Assembly: GCA_022843095.1 (NCBI GenBank)
Contig: JALHOH010000001.1
Span: 360,001 to 392,000, forward strand
DNA from: Candidatus Saccharimonadota bacterium
GTDB taxonomy: Bacteria; Patescibacteriota; Patescibacteriia; 2-12-FULL-60-25
DNA: 32,000 nt
Direction: 5' to 3'
Shown here piece after piece: positions 30,675 through 32,000 of this stretch (position 1 is its first letter; each line of letters begins with the position of its first letter). The notes under the pieces are model-generated. The model was not told the DNA's origin. It made no database searches and was given only the letters and a program-made list of their open reading frames with translations. Both the position numbers and the translations under genes were made by a program.

Positions 30675-32000
30675 TTAGTGAACGAGTTGCGTACTGAGAT
30701 ATTCCACCGGGGCATAGCGATCGGTAAACGGGGGGTGGGCATGCGTGACGATTGGATACACCGCTGGTTCGCGCAACACGTCGTTGCGATCGAGGATGGC
30801 ACGAATTTCGTCGTCGCTTGGCTCGCGGACGTTCGAGAGGAGTAGGAGGGTGTTGGTGAGATCCTCGGCGTCATCTTTATCGTCGATGCGTGCAAGTTTT
30901 GCGTAGCGAAACTGCGTTTTTGCCGCACCGATGATTCCGGACATGAGACGCGCATTTGCGTCACGTTCCAGGTCTTCATGCAGGATAAAATTCATCGCGA
31001 CCAGCGCGTCGTCGGTTACGTGCGCACGAAGATTTGCCCATGCTTCGACGGTGACCAAATGCCACGGAACCGTGAGGTGATCCGCATACGCATCCAACAT
31101 GACCACATCGTAGCGTTCCGTGCGTGGGGTAAGAGCGGCGCGTCCGTCGCCTTCCAGGATGGTGAGCCGAGGGTCGTCCTTTAGATCAAAATAGGTTTTG
31201 GAGGCGGTGATGGCAGCGGGATCCCGTTCGATCACGGTTGCGGTGCGTCCTGGGGCGGAATCGATCCACGCGCGGGCGCCATGAAACGTCCCTCCGCCGA
31301 TGGCAAGAAACGTTTTGGCGTTGGGGGTCAGGAGATCTGTGAAATCCTGAAACAGATCGTAATAGGGAAAAAACGAACGGGACGGGTCTGCGAGCGTGGT
31401 TCCGCCATGCGCAACGCGATCCATCCACAGGATTTTGACGGGCGTCCCAAGATACGTCGAGGTTCCGATCCGCATCGAGCTATAGGCGCTTGGAATAAAC
31501 GTCCCCGGTGGACCGTCTGCGGTTTGTCCGGCGAAGAGCGCGCCCGCGGCAAGGCAGCCGGCCGCTACTTGTTTTGGAAATGCTGGGCGAAGAATCCAAA
31601 GACCCGTGGCGTACAAGATGATGGTGATGACGGCAAGAATCCAATGTGTCGGCCAAATCGCGATAAAGACGTAGCCGGTAAGATACGTCCCCGCAAGACT
31701 GCCGACGGTGCCAATGGCAGAAAGGCGTCCGGCAATGTGTCCCGCGTCGCCAAGCTCATGCAGCGCAAGACGGACGGCGACGGGACTGACTGCGCCAAGG
31801 ATGAGCGCCGCGGGGGTCAGAAGCAGGAGTGCGAGCACAGGAACGGCTGCGCCTTCCGGAAGCCATCCGATGAGCCAGGTGGCAAGGTCGTACGCAAACG
31901 TTAAAAACGACGCCAAAACACCGCCTGTGAAAAGCAGTCCGCCGAGAATCCGGCGATCCGGGCGCTTGTCTGCCACGATGCCTCCGACCCATGCACCCGC
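30675..32000 (-). CDS. Fused polytopic-membrane / spermidine-synthase-like methyltransferase, N-terminus beyond the window
   Basis: C-terminal AdoMet-MTase/spermidine-synthase-like part (FLAIGGGTFHGA, VIERDPAAI, LEGDGRAAL, YDVVMLDAYAD). N-terminal TM helices. The frame stays open from the track's GTG at 31976 to the window end (..AGAWVGGIVADKRP..). Confidence 0.75.
   Translation of the reverse strand, partial: AGAWVGGIVADKRPDRRILGGLLFTGGVLASFLTFAYDLATWLIGWLPEGAAVPVLALLLLTPAALILGAVSPVAVRLALHELGDAGHIAGRLSAIGTVGSLAGTYLTGYVFIAIWPTHWILAVITIILYATGLWILRPAFPKQVAAGCLAAGALFAGQTADGPPGTFIPSAYSSMRIGTSTYLGTPVKILWMDRVAHGGTTLADPSRSFFPYYDLFQDFTDLLTPNAKTFLAIGGGTFHGARAWIDSAPGRTATVIERDPAAITASKTYFDLKDDPRLTILEGDGRAALTPRTERYDVVMLDAYADHLTVPWHLVTVEAWANLRAHVTDDALVAMNFILHEDLERDANARLMSGIIGAAKTQFRYAKLARIDDKDDAEDLTNTLLLLSNVREPSDDEIRAILDRNDVLREPAVYPIVTHAHPPFTDRYAPVEYLSTQLVH

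Noticed and set aside
30060-31904. Alternative-frame or opposite-strand ORFs (30060-30620 minus, 31281-31904 plus) overlapping the DUF4256 and spermidine-synthase-like genes
   Set aside because: Their composition is R/G/K-rich without motifs. The overlapped genes carry clear family signatures.
27470-32000. Genomic island with an att repeat of the tRNA-Leu 3' end
   Set aside because: I looked by eye for a second copy of GGTTCGATTCCCGCCCTGGGCACCA. I found only a poor partial resemblance (GGTTCCGATCCGC near 31460) inside a coding region. No integrase is present. This needs a computational repeat search before any claim is made.
1-32000. CRISPR arrays, IS elements or transposases, rRNA genes, retron/DGR-type reverse transcriptases
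   Set aside because: No regularly spaced direct repeats are visible. I found no DDE, serine or tyrosine recombinase motifs and no RT motifs (YxDD) in any sizeable ORF. No rRNA-like sequence was seen on visual inspection.

Overview
Densely coding bacterial window with about 45 CDS and one tRNA. I saw no rRNA, CRISPR array, transposase or integrase. Start/stop overlaps of the ATGA type are frequent (461, 3096, 15181, 16381, 17859, 24820), and the standard code fits.

Three compositional classes are visible. GC figures are my own hand counts of single 60-nt lines.

(i) 1-8.5 kb has lower G+C (27/60 and 23/60). All genes are on the + strand and form an envelope-redox and copper block. In order: DsbA-like (5' partial), a CxxC polytopic membrane protein, a DsbA-like protein with a His/Cys-rich C-terminal domain, a SurA-like chaperone, a 59-aa helical ORF, an M14 peptidase, a PAP2 phosphatase, then csoR-copA-HMA/TauE-like-cupredoxin-like. 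The copper operon sits behind a perfect 32-bp palindromic CsoR-type operator embedded in a TTGACG/TATTAT promoter.

(ii) 8.7-32 kb is the higher-G+C background (38/60 and 36/60). It holds:
- a cupin and a cytochrome P450;
- an SH3b protein with an internal repeat;
- a GluR0-type SBP-gated K+ channel homolog that cannot have a signal peptide;
- a tandem NrdR-box-like pair, a Mu Com-like zinc ribbon, a hairpin and nrdD-nrdG;
- several membrane, secreted and lipoprotein genes;
- YdjM-like, DUF1232, DUF5995-like, Nudix and SIMPL genes;
- a minus-strand ZIP-ruvB-small TM-PH-domain operon;
- DedA and tRNA-Leu(UAA);
- an orphan 613-aa protein, a histidine phosphatase, DUF4256, and a partial fused membrane/spermidine-synthase-like gene.

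(iii) 21.95-23.0 kb is a very GC-rich (45/60) two-gene cassette with C-ending codons. It has its own near-consensus promoter and terminator. Its 182-nt internal leader is structured: a 15-bp hairpin buries the second gene's Shine-Dalgarno, and a 30-codon uORF reads into that hairpin.

The best candidates for something undescribed are the cassette, the Com-like/nrdDG arrangement, the signal-peptide-less GluR0-like channel, the CxxC membrane protein between two DsbA genes, and two structured intergenic elements (8473-8644 and 19943-20017). All family calls rest on motif recognition by eye. No database search was possible.
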